Source of the DNA: Schizochytrium sp. TIO01
Lineage: Eukaryota; Protista; Bigyra: Labyrinthulomycetes
Reading direction: 5' to 3'
Assembly (NCBI GenBank): GCA_004764695.1
Contig: SMSO01000014.1
Coordinates: 7,398,265-7,462,264, forward strand
DNA length: 64,000 nt
Positions 30,508 to 40,761 of the stretch are shown one piece after another. Under the pieces are notes generated by a model. The model saw only the letters and a program-made list of their open reading frames with translations. It was not told where the DNA came from and did no database searches. Each line of letters begins with the position of its first letter. Within the stretch, counting starts at the first letter, position 1. The translations under genes and the position numbers were made by a program.

Positions 30508-30758
30508 GGCGGTAGGTCGTTTGGTGTGTTTTGTGTTCGAAGGGCTTGGTTTGTCGAATTGAGGGTAACTTGAAAATTATAGAAAAAAACAACCAAATGT
30601 CTGTGTGTAAGTGTGTCTCTATTCTCAGAAAATAACAGAGAAAAGAAAAAGAAAAAACCAAGGAAGCGTAAAAATCTATGTGCATTTATAACAGCGCAAA
30701 CGAGAAGTAAATAAAAAAACAGACAGCACTTTACCTTCAATCCTCTCTGCAAGTAGAC

Positions 30759-31445
30759 ATGGGCAGGCTACACCAGCGAAAATCTCGTCCTCGCTTCGAC
30801 TTTGAAAGAAACGAGAGCGACTTCCGGGATTTGGAACCAGGCTGGGGAGGTTCACAAGAATATGATGACGAGGGTTACGAGGAAGCACCCCCTCGCGGAA
30901 TCAAGGGGCGTGTGAAAGCCTGGGCGAGGCGCCACAAGAAACGGATTATCTGGATCTCTGTCGTATCCTTTTCTGTAATTGCAATCACGGTGGTTATGAT
31001 TGCAAAGGCCCACAGCGGACAAACTGCTTCAACCAACGAAGTGAGCCAAGCCACTCAGGCGATAGCAGATTCCCTTGCAGAGTCCCCTGAATCGATGGGA
31101 AATGGAGACAGAAGCGAAACGAGAAAATCCCGCGAGGCTAGGCTTCTGCGTGAGTACGAACAGGTCATGCGAGACGCCGAGGCGCACGCAGCCAAGTACA
31201 AGCGCATTTTCATGAGCGGAGGGGCTGGAGAGAACGGACAGGGGGGCTCGAGGCCCGACCTTTCACAAGAGGAAGAATTGATGGGGGAAGACTTCTCTCA
31301 TGATACTGGATTTGTGCAAAGCTTCATGGGCCCACGCACACTGGATAAGAAAAAGGCGGGGATGAATGCCTTAGGAAAAGAACTGAATGAACAGGCCAAG
31401 TACTTACGCCATGAAATCCAGAAGCTACAAGCAGACAAAAAATGA
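30759..31445 (+). CDS. Single-pass membrane protein
   Basis: Basic RRHKKR, then TM IIWISVVSFSVIAITVVMIA, then a helical domain. Confidence 0.7.
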   Translation: MGRLHQRKSRPRFDFERNESDFRDLEPGWGGSQEYDDEGYEEAPPRGIKGRVKAWARRHKKRIIWISVVSFSVIAITVVMIAKAHSGQTASTNEVSQATQAIADSLAESPESMGNGDRSETRKSREARLLREYEQVMRDAEAHAAKYKRIFMSGGAGENGQGGSRPDLSQEEELMGEDFSHDTGFVQSFMGPRTLDKKKAGMNALGKELNEQAKYLRHEIQKLQADKK

Positions 31446-31579
31446 CTGTCTAGGAGCAAACACAAACAACAGCAAGAAAGGCGAAGAAAAGAAGAACCGC
31501 CGCAGCCGCCGCAGACACCACAGCAACGCAAAGAGCGACTCGTCATCTTCTCAAGCAAAGTATTACTGAAGCGAAAACG

Positions 31580-32272
31580 ATGGCCGGAACGGCAGCGACT
31601 CCGTATACGCCGCGCAATTGGACGTTTGTCTTTCTTGCGGTGCTCAGCCTCGTGATCAGTGCCTTTGGACTTGCTTTCCTTATCCAAGGGTACAATGCGC
31701 TCAGTAAAAACTTGACGCTTGTCACAAGGGCCGCAGAAATTGTCCAGTCAGGGGCGGACGAGACAGGTGATTCCAGTGACTTCTGTCTTACTTCGGGAAG
31801 CAGTACCATTTGTTCAGGTGGCAACTATCGCATCCGTCTCAAAGGCACAAACCAGTATCTTCTTGCAGGCCTCGGCCTGGATCCAAGCCTAGCTGGTTTC
31901 GCAAGTCTTAACAGTGATACTTCGCAATGGCGCGTCGTTCTGCGCAACCTTGACAGCGGGTTCTGGAGTTTCTACAGTGCTTCGACAGTGCAGGCGGGTA
32001 GAATCTTGTCCTATCCTACGATTGATTCCACAGATACAACAACGGTATCTTGGCAAATTGGAATGAACCTTACAGGAGGGCAGAACTTTAAAATTGCAGG
32101 TGCCTCAGCCAACGACGGCAGCTTTGTAATCAGTGACGGAGTACTCAGCCAGGTTATCGAGCTGCAGAGCTACGCAACTAACGAAGAAGTTCTCGTCGTG
32201 CCCAAATCCCTCGCTTGCGTCTACCGCAAGTGCACAAGCAGCGACAGTAGGAACCATGCAAGTTGTCTTTGA
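31580..32272 (+). CDS. Membrane-anchored protein with possible beta-trefoil (ricin-B-like) domain
   Basis: N-terminal TM; repeats GNYRIRL..TNQYL / SQWRV..SGFWSF / QNFKI..DGSFVI. Confidence 0.5.
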   Translation: MAGTAATPYTPRNWTFVFLAVLSLVISAFGLAFLIQGYNALSKNLTLVTRAAEIVQSGADETGDSSDFCLTSGSSTICSGGNYRIRLKGTNQYLLAGLGLDPSLAGFASLNSDTSQWRVVLRNLDSGFWSFYSASTVQAGRILSYPTIDSTDTTTVSWQIGMNLTGGQNFKIAGASANDGSFVISDGVLSQVIELQSYATNEEVLVVPKSLACVYRKCTSSDSRNHASCL

Positions 32273-32395
32273 AAAGGTGCAAAGTTAAAATAAACAAACA
32301 AACAGTGGGGGCGGGCAGCTGATTTTTTTTAAAATGAAATTCTTACCCAGTTTATGAAATAAATCGAGGTTAGCTTTAGATGATTCATTCATTCA

Positions 32396-33124
32396 CTACA
32401 CGATAGTTTCTGTGGGTCCAAGGCTGATGTGCTCAAGGCCGGCCATGTTTATAGTGGCGCGGAGAACATCCGCGTCTTCACGGGGAAACACCAAGACGCG
32501 GTGGAACTGCTTAGGGTTGTAGCTGAGTGGCTTCTGTCTGATCTTCATGTAATTCTTTTCGAACCTCCACGCAAGCTCGTCGGCTTTCGCGCGCGGAATC
32601 GTGCCAAGACCTACGAAAAAGAAACCTATCTTCTGCGACTTCCCGGTCAGCTTCAATGGGTTGCGGGAGCGATTCAAGGCGACGGTGAATATGGCCTGTT
32701 CCATCAGGCGGGAATCACACTGTTTGGTTTTAATCGTGCCGCTGCGAGAATAGAAGTTGTAATCCGGCATTGCGTTGTGCTGGTTTATATACAGCTCAGT
32801 AAATCTGCATACAATCTCGTGCTCGAGATCAAGACGATAAGCGAGCCAGCGAATAGCTATGCCTCTCTTTGCAAAGTTTTCTTCAGGCCTGCAAGGGACG
32901 ATTCCATTAGGCCTGGGAATCAAGGCGGTGGTGGTCCTTTTAGAGTTCCAGAACCTGACATTACCACCAAGGCTTGTATTTTTGCAATGAGGAATCAGGG
33001 GGATTTGCGTGGGGGTTACCACTGAGCCCGCTACTTCCTGAGCTACGATAGGCGAAGACCGCTTCAGAATGGCGTGCAGAGCAGCACTACTCGGGGTATT
33101 CTTCTCCTGCTTGATGGGGTTCAT
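32396..33124 (-). CDS. Hypothetical basic protein
   Basis: ATG at 33124 after an A-rich leader; no family recognised. Confidence 0.6.
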   Translation of the reverse strand: MNPIKQEKNTPSSAALHAILKRSSPIVAQEVAGSVVTPTQIPLIPHCKNTSLGGNVRFWNSKRTTTALIPRPNGIVPCRPEENFAKRGIAIRWLAYRLDLEHEIVCRFTELYINQHNAMPDYNFYSRSGTIKTKQCDSRLMEQAIFTVALNRSRNPLKLTGKSQKIGFFFVGLGTIPRAKADELAWRFEKNYMKIRQKPLSYNPKQFHRVLVFPREDADVLRATINMAGLEHISLGPTETIV

Positions 33125-33428
33125 TCTTGCTTGCTTGTTTGTTTGCACTTACTTGCCTTATGGTAAAAACTTGCCAAGGGCGAGGAAATATACGACAACG
33201 AGTAGACTTTATTGAAGATTGTTGATGTTCTTTTTATAAATTCGAGGTTTGCTTTGGTTGATTGATTGATTGCTCGGTTGCTCTGCATGTTTTGCATTTT
33301 GATAAGAAGAAGATAAGGCGTGCTAGTAGTGCAATAAGACTCTTTAGGTTATTCCCTTTGTTATCTGGAAGATTTGAAGCAAAGAATTGTACTTCCATAA
33401 GTCCCAGTCCTTTTGTAAGAATGATGAT

Positions 33429-34244
33429 TCAGCTGGACATTTCCCCTGGATGGCTCGGGGTAGTTAGACCGTTAAAGAAAAACCTTTTTATATAGGTCAT
33501 TAACTCCTTGCAACTGCTACTGTGATATTTCACAACTTGGCCAAACCAGTACACTTGAAGCATTGCGAGCGTGGTTGCCGCGCCGAGCACGACGCGCGGC
33601 CAAGGAGTCGCGGCCTCCAGTTCCTCTGCGCCGGTCCAGAGCTTGGCTAGAACGAAGAAAGGGAATTGAATGACGCGCGTCTCGACGAAAAACCAAAGGA
33701 ATGCGGCAAAGACCATGAGCAATTCCTTTTCCGACAGCAGAGGCTGCCTGCGCGGGCAATCCTTCAAGCCCGTGACGTAAATTCCGATGTTGAGCATCAC
33801 CGTGCTTGACTCCATGATCAGAAAACGGGGCGCTAGGCTTAGAATATAGTTATCACCGCGCGCGATCGAAGAAGGGGCAGACATATAAGCAGCTTGCAAC
33901 AGGAGACATGCGAGATGGTGAATGCCGAAAACAATCCGCTTAGGTGAACAGCTGCTTAGGAGCGAGCTGGTGTAGTAGCCCGCGCTGTAGCCAACCACGG
34001 GGCTAAGGATCTCGTGCGGCATCAGGTCGAGCATCACTAGGCTTGCGCTTAGCGTGACGATGCTTGCATGCAGAGAAGAAGGCAGCAACCAAGCCCAGCG
34101 CTGCACCTGTTCTACCGTCCTAAATTTCGAAGTATAGACATCAAGAGGGTCCTTCACCACCTCGTACTCGAGGAAAGGTGCAGCATAGAGGTGCACTAGC
34201 GTGCTGAGGAAGGCTATAGAGAAACTAAAGACTTGGTAAAGCAT
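33429..34244 (-). CDS. TLC (TRAM/LAG1/CLN8) domain membrane protein
   Basis: SSLHA, SAGYY, IHHL, MESSTVMLN, FF..R, VYWF..VVK motifs and multiple TMs. Confidence 0.8.
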   Translation of the reverse strand: MLYQVFSFSIAFLSTLVHLYAAPFLEYEVVKDPLDVYTSKFRTVEQVQRWAWLLPSSLHASIVTLSASLVMLDLMPHEILSPVVGYSAGYYTSSLLSSCSPKRIVFGIHHLACLLLQAAYMSAPSSIARGDNYILSLAPRFLIMESSTVMLNIGIYVTGLKDCPRRQPLLSEKELLMVFAAFLWFFVETRVIQFPFFVLAKLWTGAEELEAATPWPRVVLGAATTLAMLQVYWFGQVVKYHSSSCKELMTYIKRFFFNGLTTPSHPGEMSS

Positions 34245-34428
34245 ACTTGCTCGCAAGTGAATGAACGAATGAACGAACCAAAGGAAAGGTGTTTGGGTTC
34301 TGCAGAAGACTCTTTGCTTGTCTACCAGGACAGCAGGATTAAAGAATAGGGGAAGAAAACTCACTTAACTACCACCAACCGTCTGATGTTGGTTTTTTTT
34401 TAAATTAGTTCCTTCCTGTGTTGTTTGA

Positions 34429-34480
34429 CGAATGCATTCATTAGACAACTTGTATGGAAATAGCCTAGAGGGCCAGGACA
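34429..34480 (-). repeat. 3' LTR remnant (first 52 bp only)
   Basis: Identical to 41193-41244; identity ends abruptly at 34429. Confidence 0.92.
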
Positions 34481-34497
34481 GCGCCTCCACAAGTTGA

Positions 34498-36310
34498 CTA
34501 TGGGTGAATGATGCCGAGGTAGTCGCGGAGCCTGTTAGCTTCGTTGCGGGAGTGGTGTCGGGCGACACGCTCTATGTAGCGGCGGACGATCTTCGGAGCA
34601 CTGCGGTGTAAGTACTTGAGGTCGATTGCTTCGTTGGAATAATCGGTTGGGTCGATGCCTTTGTACTGGATGCGGACGAAGATGGAGTTGTCAGGCTTGC
34701 TGAAGTGATTGAGCAGTTTGCCTTGGAAAGCGGAGAGATTGTTGTGCTTGATGAAGTCTTTGAGCTTGGGAGTGATGCACAGAGTGCTGTCGCAGTAGTA
34801 GCGAAGTCTGCTGATGTGTGCGAGACATGTTTCGCCGGAGACAATATCTTCAATGGTGTAAAGATGGTTGCCTGGACCAATTGCTGTGACTCGGGCTGGG
34901 CCTAGCCATACTGGGGACAGTTTTGATGGTCTGGGACGGGAGACGATCACGTAGGTGACTGCGTCGCCGATTTGCAGATGTAAGGCGCCTGCGCGATGGC
35001 GCTGGTCCCATCTGGTGCGTGCAGCGGCACGACTATCCTCAAGTACCTGGCGTGCTTTCATGCGGTCGGTCGTGAGCGCGGCATGAAGTTCGGAGCAGAG
35101 GCGCGTTAGTACTTCTGGAGTGGGTCGTGCGTGTGCTTGGTCTTCGAAGACTTTGGTTGGATGTACTAGGTCTTCAAGAGGTTTCTTGGGGGTGATTGCG
35201 GTCATTAATTCTAGGGGACTTTTTCCGTTGAGAGATGGAATTTGCCGTGAGTTCATGGCAATGTTCGCAAGTGGGAGAATTTCTTCGTATTGGTCAAAAG
35301 TTAGACCGAACTCGTTGGTGAGTGTGGAGAGATTCTTGATTGCAATGCCGTTGGCGCGTTCAACACTTCCGTTTGTGTAACTTTCGTGTGGAACACTGTA
35401 GATGTGATCAATGCCAAGTTGACGTTCGAGACTTTGCATTAATTTGGCGGTGAAGTGGGAACCCATGTCTGAATAAATGATGCGTGGTGCTCCAAATATT
35501 TTGATCCACTCTACGATGCCTCGAACTGCTTCTTTTGCAGTTGGACCGGTGCATGGTATGAGGAGAACGTATTGAGAGAGCAAGCATTTGCAGAGAAGTA
35601 AGTAGCCCTTGGCTTGAACGCCAGTAGTCCTGTTGTTAAACAGCTGTAAGAAGTCAATGCCAATTGCTTCGTTTACATGTTGCGGAACAAAGGTTGGTCC
35701 TAGAGGTCTAGCCATTTTATTGCCACTTTTGGTTGTCACACAATGTAAGCATTGTTGGACAAAGCGTGTAACCTGCTGCTTGAGGTTATGGAGATAGAAC
35801 ATTTCCTGTGTGGTGCGCTTTGTAGCGTGGATTCCTTGATGTCCGTGAATACCTGCGTGTGCTACTAGGAGGACGCGTGCAATGAGGCTTTCATTATTTC
35901 TGGGAAGCCAGATGCGTTTACGTTCTGAGTCTGTGTGCGTTACGTAGATGAGGGAATCTTGAGTAGTTGTAGGAAGGCCGTTAATTGAGGTAACTCCATT
36001 TTTGCTGGTGATTTTATCTTCATTCGAGTTGTTAGAAGATGACTGTAGAGCTGTTTGTTGTGCAGCTCTGATTGTTTCGGTGTTGGGAAACAGGAAATTA
36101 CCATGTGCAAGGGATGCTGTACGAGCATCATCGAAGGTGAAGGGTTCGATTGCACAGGTGTCTTCCGCGGCTTGGTCGCCGAGAAGAGCATGGATGTCCT
36201 CAGATTGGTGTTCTGTGGAATCTTCAAATTCGGCTTCATCTTCAACAGTTTCTTCAAAATGCGGTATCGAGGTGGCTGATGCCGAAGAGCTAGTGTGCTC
36301 TGGTAGGGGG
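34498..36310 (-). CDS. pol: Integrase part of pol with degenerate chromodomain
   Basis: Frame is open upstream of 35802 and contains AHAGIHGH...CLHC (HHCC); DDE triad GIDF/SDMG/VERAN; WLGP; chromo-like VRIQYKG...P.IVRRY. The upstream limit near the poly-C run is approximate. Confidence 0.85.
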
Positions 36311-39300
36311 GGGGTGGAGAAGGGACGTTTGGGGAGGAAGACGGATTAGGGAGCCCCGGTGTGAAAAAATTTCGAGTGCGCCGGGTGCGCGTGGAAGTAC
36401 GAATATTGGCAGAAGAAACGTCGGCAGGGCCAAATCCACGGCCGTATGCGTAGGTGTTATTGCCTATCGTGTAGTCGATGCGATCGCTGTCGTCATAGTT
36501 GTCCATGCTGAAACCGAGGTCGTCGCCAGCGTCGAGGCCTGCAAGAGCGGAGCGAGCGACGCGAGCGAAAGCGTTAGGTTTGTGCACATGGGTGGCGTGA
36601 CGGCTGAGGAAGTCAGCTGCGATGTTGTCTTCGCCAGCGATGTGACATATGTGGATCGGGAGGGAGGCTGGAAGGATACTGGCTCGGGTCATGATTGAGA
36701 CGGAGAGGTCTTTGGCGTTGGGATCGGTGATCCTGGCAGCGACTTTACTGATGTTGAGATGGTCAGAGTATGCAATAAGGGAGCGTGCGGGTCTGAGGAA
36801 TTCAGGGTGAGCACGAATGGAACGAATTAAGGCGATAAGTTCTTGTCTTGCGGTTGCCCATCGAGATTCGGTGGCAGTCCAGCGGGAGCCAAAGAAGGCG
36901 AGAGGTTTTAAGCTACGCTCTCGAGGAGGTTTGAGCATTTCTTCGGGAGCGACGGCTGCGAATACGGCGCCGAAGCCTTTGTCAGAAGCGTCAACGAAAA
37001 GATTGATTTCGTCTTCTGGTTGGGGCCAGTGTAGTGGGACTGAGTCCAGGAGGGCCTGTTTGGCTTGAGTATAGGCTTGGGTGTGTTCGTCGGTCCATCG
37101 GGTTTGAAGCTGTATTTTCTGGCCGGCACGTTTGGTCTTCTTTTTGGATGAAGCGAGTGCCGTGGTACACAGGGTGCGTAGAGGGTCGATAATTCGAGGG
37201 AGGTCAGGGACATGGTCAGCGAGGAAGCTGCATGTGCCGAGGAAACTAGATAGGTCACCTGCTGTTTTGGGTGTGTCTAGAGCTCGAATGAAATCGAGCC
37301 TGGAGGGGTCGGGAATGACGGAACCATCGGAAGTGAGAATACGACCAAGGAATTTGATCGATCGTGCGTAGAGGCATACTTTGTTGGCGTTGAGATAGAA
37401 GTGTCTGTCAGCGCAGCGCTGGAATATGCGTTCTAATTTGTCGAGGAGGGCTTCATCATCTTGGGCAGCGCAGAGCATGTCATCAATGTAGTTGAACAAG
37501 TCGTGGCTGTCGATGAGGTCGCCGAAACATTCTTTCATTTTGAGGCTGAAACTCTGGGAAGAGTTGACTGTGCCCATGGGTTGGTGGAGACATTCGTAAA
37601 TGGCGTTGGGAGTGACGAGGAGGAAAAGTTGAATACTTTCCGGTGCGAGAGATAATTGGTAAAATGCTGAGACTGCGTCCAGGCTAGCATATACGGATGG
37701 CCTGTCGTTCATGATGTTGTGGATAACGTCCAAGGGGCGGAGTGGAGCCAGTTGAATGGTTTGGAGAAAGCGGTTGGTTTGTCGAAAATCCCATACGACT
37801 CGGAAGGAGCCATTTGGTTTTGGGACGAGCATGGCCGGTGCGAAGCCGATGAGTTTGTCGGGATGCCGGATCTTGTTGTCCCAAAGTCGAACACGGTTTG
37901 CAGCTACGAGTTGAGCCATGTGTTCTTCGAGGAATTCTAGCTGGGCCGGAGTGTATCTACGGCTAGCAGGTTTTGAAATAGTCGGTACTGTTTCGAGGGG
38001 ATAAGTAGGTTCAGTCCAAGGTGTGACGTCCCAAGGTTTCATGTTGGGGCGGTAACTGGTGGCAAAAATGGAGAAGTATTTGTCATGAACCATGATGTGA
38101 AGTCGATTGCGGAGCGCTGGATCTAGGCCGTTGGCAATGGCCTCTTGAATGCGCTGGTCGAGTTCGGCGTGACAATCGGCGGTGTGTTTGTCATGGTTGG
38201 TTTCGATGTCTTCAAAGAAAGTGTCAGGGAGAATCTCTGAGTCACCTTGGTTGAAGTCGAGATTCCTGAGTCCTTGGAGGGCTTGGGCAGGAGTGGGAGT
38301 GTAGTCATCAATAGGATTTTTGGGTGATGATTTTGCTACGGTGGGAGCTGGATCGTCTGATGGTAGATCGCTGGTGGACAGTACAGCTTTTGCGAGATGT
38401 CGGCGAGCTTGTGCTGTTGGGAGTACCTTCATGCTGCTGGTGAGCGTGGCGGTGGAGGTATCATAGTCGGTTCTGTTGTGGAATGACTGAGTGTCTTGGT
38501 CAAAGACGGTGCCGGCAAGCGTTTTTCGGAGTATCGCTGCGGCAGGAGGAATTCCTAATTGAGTAAGGAGGGTTTCACCTAGTAGTAGTTCGTTTCCAAT
38601 ATAAGAGTTATCTGGAACGTAGAAGGTAACGTGGAGGAGTGTACCATACTGAGTGAGGTGGAGAAGGAGGTCAATGTGGAGCTTGACTTTCTTGACAATC
38701 TGGCTGGATCCTTGGCCGGTGTGTACCGTGGATGGATCACTGGGGCAGAGTGGTGTTGTTTCGATAGGGCCGATTGATTTCTCGATTTGTGCGAGTAGGC
38801 GCGGTGGTAGAAACGAGTGGGTGGCACCGGAGTCGAAGATGCATGTGTCAATGATGCAGGATTTCTTCTGGGATAGGGGTACCGTGGGCTGCGCGTTGCT
38901 GTAAACGCGTGCTGGTGGGGTTTTGAGCAGCTGTTCTAAATCCTTCGTTTGGGTGAGGATTTGTGGTGAACGGGCTGAGGTGGCGATGTGTCGCCGAGCT
39001 GAGGAGCTGGGTTTGGCGCTTGTGGCCTTGGCTTTGGCCAGTCGATTTTTATGTTGTTCGACGGCGGCCTTGTGCAATTTTGCGGTGCCGGGATTGGCTG
39101 CTAAAAATTCTTGCTTGTAGGTTTGGAAGTCTGTGTCTGAGAGTTTCTGACTGCAGTTCCTGTTGAGTCGTTTTGTGCGACTGTTCCAAGTGAGGAAATC
39201 GTGATTGTCGTGACAGGCAGGGCAGGTGCTGCCGCTTTGGGGTCCTGTGAATATCGGCGATTTCTTTGGAGGTTTGGGGGTTGTGACGGCGTGTCGCGGT

Positions 39301-40700
39301 GGGGTATGCCACGTTGTTGAAGGGATGCCAAAGGGGCAGCAGTAGTCCTCTTTTATGTAGTGACGTAGGATGACGAGAATGTCATGTGTGGTTAGATGGT
39401 GGGGAGCTGACTCCGGACGGGCCTGTCGCCAGGGATGAGTGGCATCTTTGAAAACGTTGCGGATTTTCTTTTGGATGCCGGGGTGCATTTGGCTGAGGCA
39501 CTTCTTGGCGATGGACCTGCTGTCCGCTGGGTCAGATTGTAGTGTGTTGAAAAGTTCACTGTGGTGGCGGAAGCCGTAGTGGATTGCGGTTTTGGTGAGT
39601 GTGGCTTGGAGCTGGAGTAGGGGCTGAGAGACATTCACTGGAATGCTGCCGAAGTGTTGGCGGAAGGCTGTGGTAATTTGTTGTTGGACATCAATAAAGC
39701 TGTTGCTTAGTGCATTTTGTTGCCAGTAGGTCTGGAATGCGTAGCATTGTTCGGCGGTGATCGTGGTTGGTGCGTCTGCCCATGCTCGTTTGCCCATTTG
39801 TGCTGCGTAGGCATCTAGGAGTCCTTTAAATGCGATTTGCCCTTCGCTTCCCATTGCGTGGTGGGGAGGAAGGATGGGATGTCCCAGTGCTTCACAGCTT
39901 TCTTTGTACCGGTCGTAGGCGTGCATCCAGCGGTTGAAGGTACCAGGATCACAGGGATTGGGAAGTGGTTTGTGATTTTGATTGTAGTATGTGAAGGCGG
40001 TGGTCTTCGATATGGGGTGCAACTGTTGATACTCCTCTGGTGAGGGAGTGTGATTTTCCATGAGCATGGAACTGGAGTCTGAGGGTGCGCGGTCCTGTCC
40101 CCGGCGTGTAATGTTGGGGTGGTGTGATGCTTGCGGGAGGTGGCTGACAGTGCTAGATTCGGTCTCGTTGTCCGAGCCTTCTTCGTCCGAAGTTTGACCA
40201 GGGTTGAGATGTGTTTGGGAGGGTGTGGGGGTTTGTTTGTTTTGTGTCATGAGTTGACTGAACATTTCCAGCATTTTTCTGGTGCTTTCCTCTGCTTGTT
40301 GCTTTTGTAGCTGCATCGCTTGTTCTGCCCTTTCATTGGCTTGTTGCAGTTGTAGCTGCAGCGCCTGAGCTGCTCGCTCCTCTGCTCTTTGCATGTGTGA
40401 CATCATCGCTGTTATGAATTGTGTCATGTCTGCGGGTGTTGGCGCCGGAGGGATAGCTTGTGTTGCTGGGGGGATAGGGGCGCTTGTTTCCTGAGTAGAC
40501 TCGTTGGTTAGCGGTGTGGTAGCAGGTTGTTGTTCTGCTTCCGCTGGTCCTGTGGTAAGGTTTGGATCATCTGCTTCTGATCCTTCGCCGTCAGGTGCTG
40601 CTTCGAGGAGGGTTGTAGCTGCATTTGCTTGCGCCTCCGTGTCGGAGCTTCCCTGGAGTTGCTCTTGGCTCTCATTGTTGATACCCGGTGAGATGGCCAT
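35940..40700 (-). CDS. pol: Gag-Pol polyprotein (gag, aspartic protease, RT, RNase H); out of frame after ~36310
   Basis: FDSGATHSF (protease), FRVVWDFR and YIDD (RT), VDASDKG/QELIAL/YSDH/NIAADFLSR (RNase H). Confidence 0.93.
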   Translation of the reverse strand: MAISPGINNESQEQLQGSSDTEAQANAATTLLEAAPDGEGSEADDPNLTTGPAEAEQQPATTPLTNESTQETSAPIPPATQAIPPAPTPADMTQFITAMMSHMQRAEERAAQALQLQLQQANERAEQAMQLQKQQAEESTRKMLEMFSQLMTQNKQTPTPSQTHLNPGQTSDEEGSDNETESSTVSHLPQASHHPNITRRGQDRAPSDSSSMLMENHTPSPEEYQQLHPISKTTAFTYYNQNHKPLPNPCDPGTFNRWMHAYDRYKESCEALGHPILPPHHAMGSEGQIAFKGLLDAYAAQMGKRAWADAPTTITAEQCYAFQTYWQQNALSNSFIDVQQQITTAFRQHFGSIPVNVSQPLLQLQATLTKTAIHYGFRHHSELFNTLQSDPADSRSIAKKCLSQMHPGIQKKIRNVFKDATHPWRQARPESAPHHLTTHDILVILRHYIKEDYCCPFGIPSTTWHTPPRHAVTTPKPPKKSPIFTGPQSGSTCPACHDNHDFLTWNSRTKRLNRNCSQKLSDTDFQTYKQEFLAANPGTAKLHKAAVEQHKNRLAKAKATSAKPSSSARRHIATSARSPQILTQTKDLEQLLKTPPARVYSNAQPTVPLSQKKSCIIDTCIFDSGATHSFLPPRLLAQIEKSIGPIETTPLCPSDPSTVHTGQGSSQIVKKVKLHIDLLLHLTQYGTLLHVTFYVPDNSYIGNELLLGETLLTQLGIPPAAAILRKTLAGTVFDQDTQSFHNRTDYDTSTATLTSSMKVLPTAQARRHLAKAVLSTSDLPSDDPAPTVAKSSPKNPIDDYTPTPAQALQGLRNLDFNQGDSEILPDTFFEDIETNHDKHTADCHAELDQRIQEAIANGLDPALRNRLHIMVHDKYFSIFATSYRPNMKPWDVTPWTEPTYPLETVPTISKPASRRYTPAQLEFLEEHMAQLVAANRVRLWDNKIRHPDKLIGFAPAMLVPKPNGSFRVVWDFRQTNRFLQTIQLAPLRPLDVIHNIMNDRPSVYASLDAVSAFYQLSLAPESIQLFLLVTPNAIYECLHQPMGTVNSSQSFSLKMKECFGDLIDSHDLFNYIDDMLCAAQDDEALLDKLERIFQRCADRHFYLNANKVCLYARSIKFLGRILTSDGSVIPDPSRLDFIRALDTPKTAGDLSSFLGTCSFLADHVPDLPRIIDPLRTLCTTALASSKKKTKRAGQKIQLQTRWTDEHTQAYTQAKQALLDSVPLHWPQPEDEINLFVDASDKGFGAVFAAVAPEEMLKPPRERSLKPLAFFGSRWTATESRWATARQELIALIRSIRAHPEFLRPARSLIAYSDHLNISKVAARITDPNAKDLSVSIMTRASILPASLPIHICHIAGEDNIAADFLSRHATHVHKPNAFARVARSALAGLDAGDDLGFSMDNYDDSDRIDYTIGNNTYAYGRGFGPADVSSANIRTSTRTRRTRNFFTPGLPNPSSSPNVPSPPPPYQSTLALRHQPPRYRILKKLLKMKPNLKIPQNTNLRTSMLFSATKPRKTPVQSNPSPSMMLVQHPLHMVISCFPTPKQSELHNKQLYSHLLTTRMKIKSPAKMELPQLTAFLQLLKIPSST

Positions 40701-40761
40701 GTTGAGCGATGGATGTTCACTATTCTGCTATTTATTTTAAACTAAGAGAAAGTTTATAAAC

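Larger units (their letters stand above)
1..34428. mobile_element. Putative endogenous large dsDNA virus segment (NCLDV- or mirusvirus-like), continuing off the left edge
   Basis: About 30 tightly packed, apparently intronless, partly overlapping ORFs, including an AEP-SF2 primase-helicase, gp2.5-like SSB, OTU protease, antirepressor-like family and many orphans; contrasts sharply with the gene-poor AT-rich DNA after 41.6 kb. The first ~9 kb (effector-like genes) is less certainly viral. Confidence 0.78.

Noticed and set aside
1-34428. Polinton/virophage or prophage interpretation
   Set aside because: No pPolB, packaging ATPase, capsid or element-borne integrase seen; gene content and eukaryote-type domains fit a larger eukaryotic virus, and the only integrase belongs to the Gypsy element
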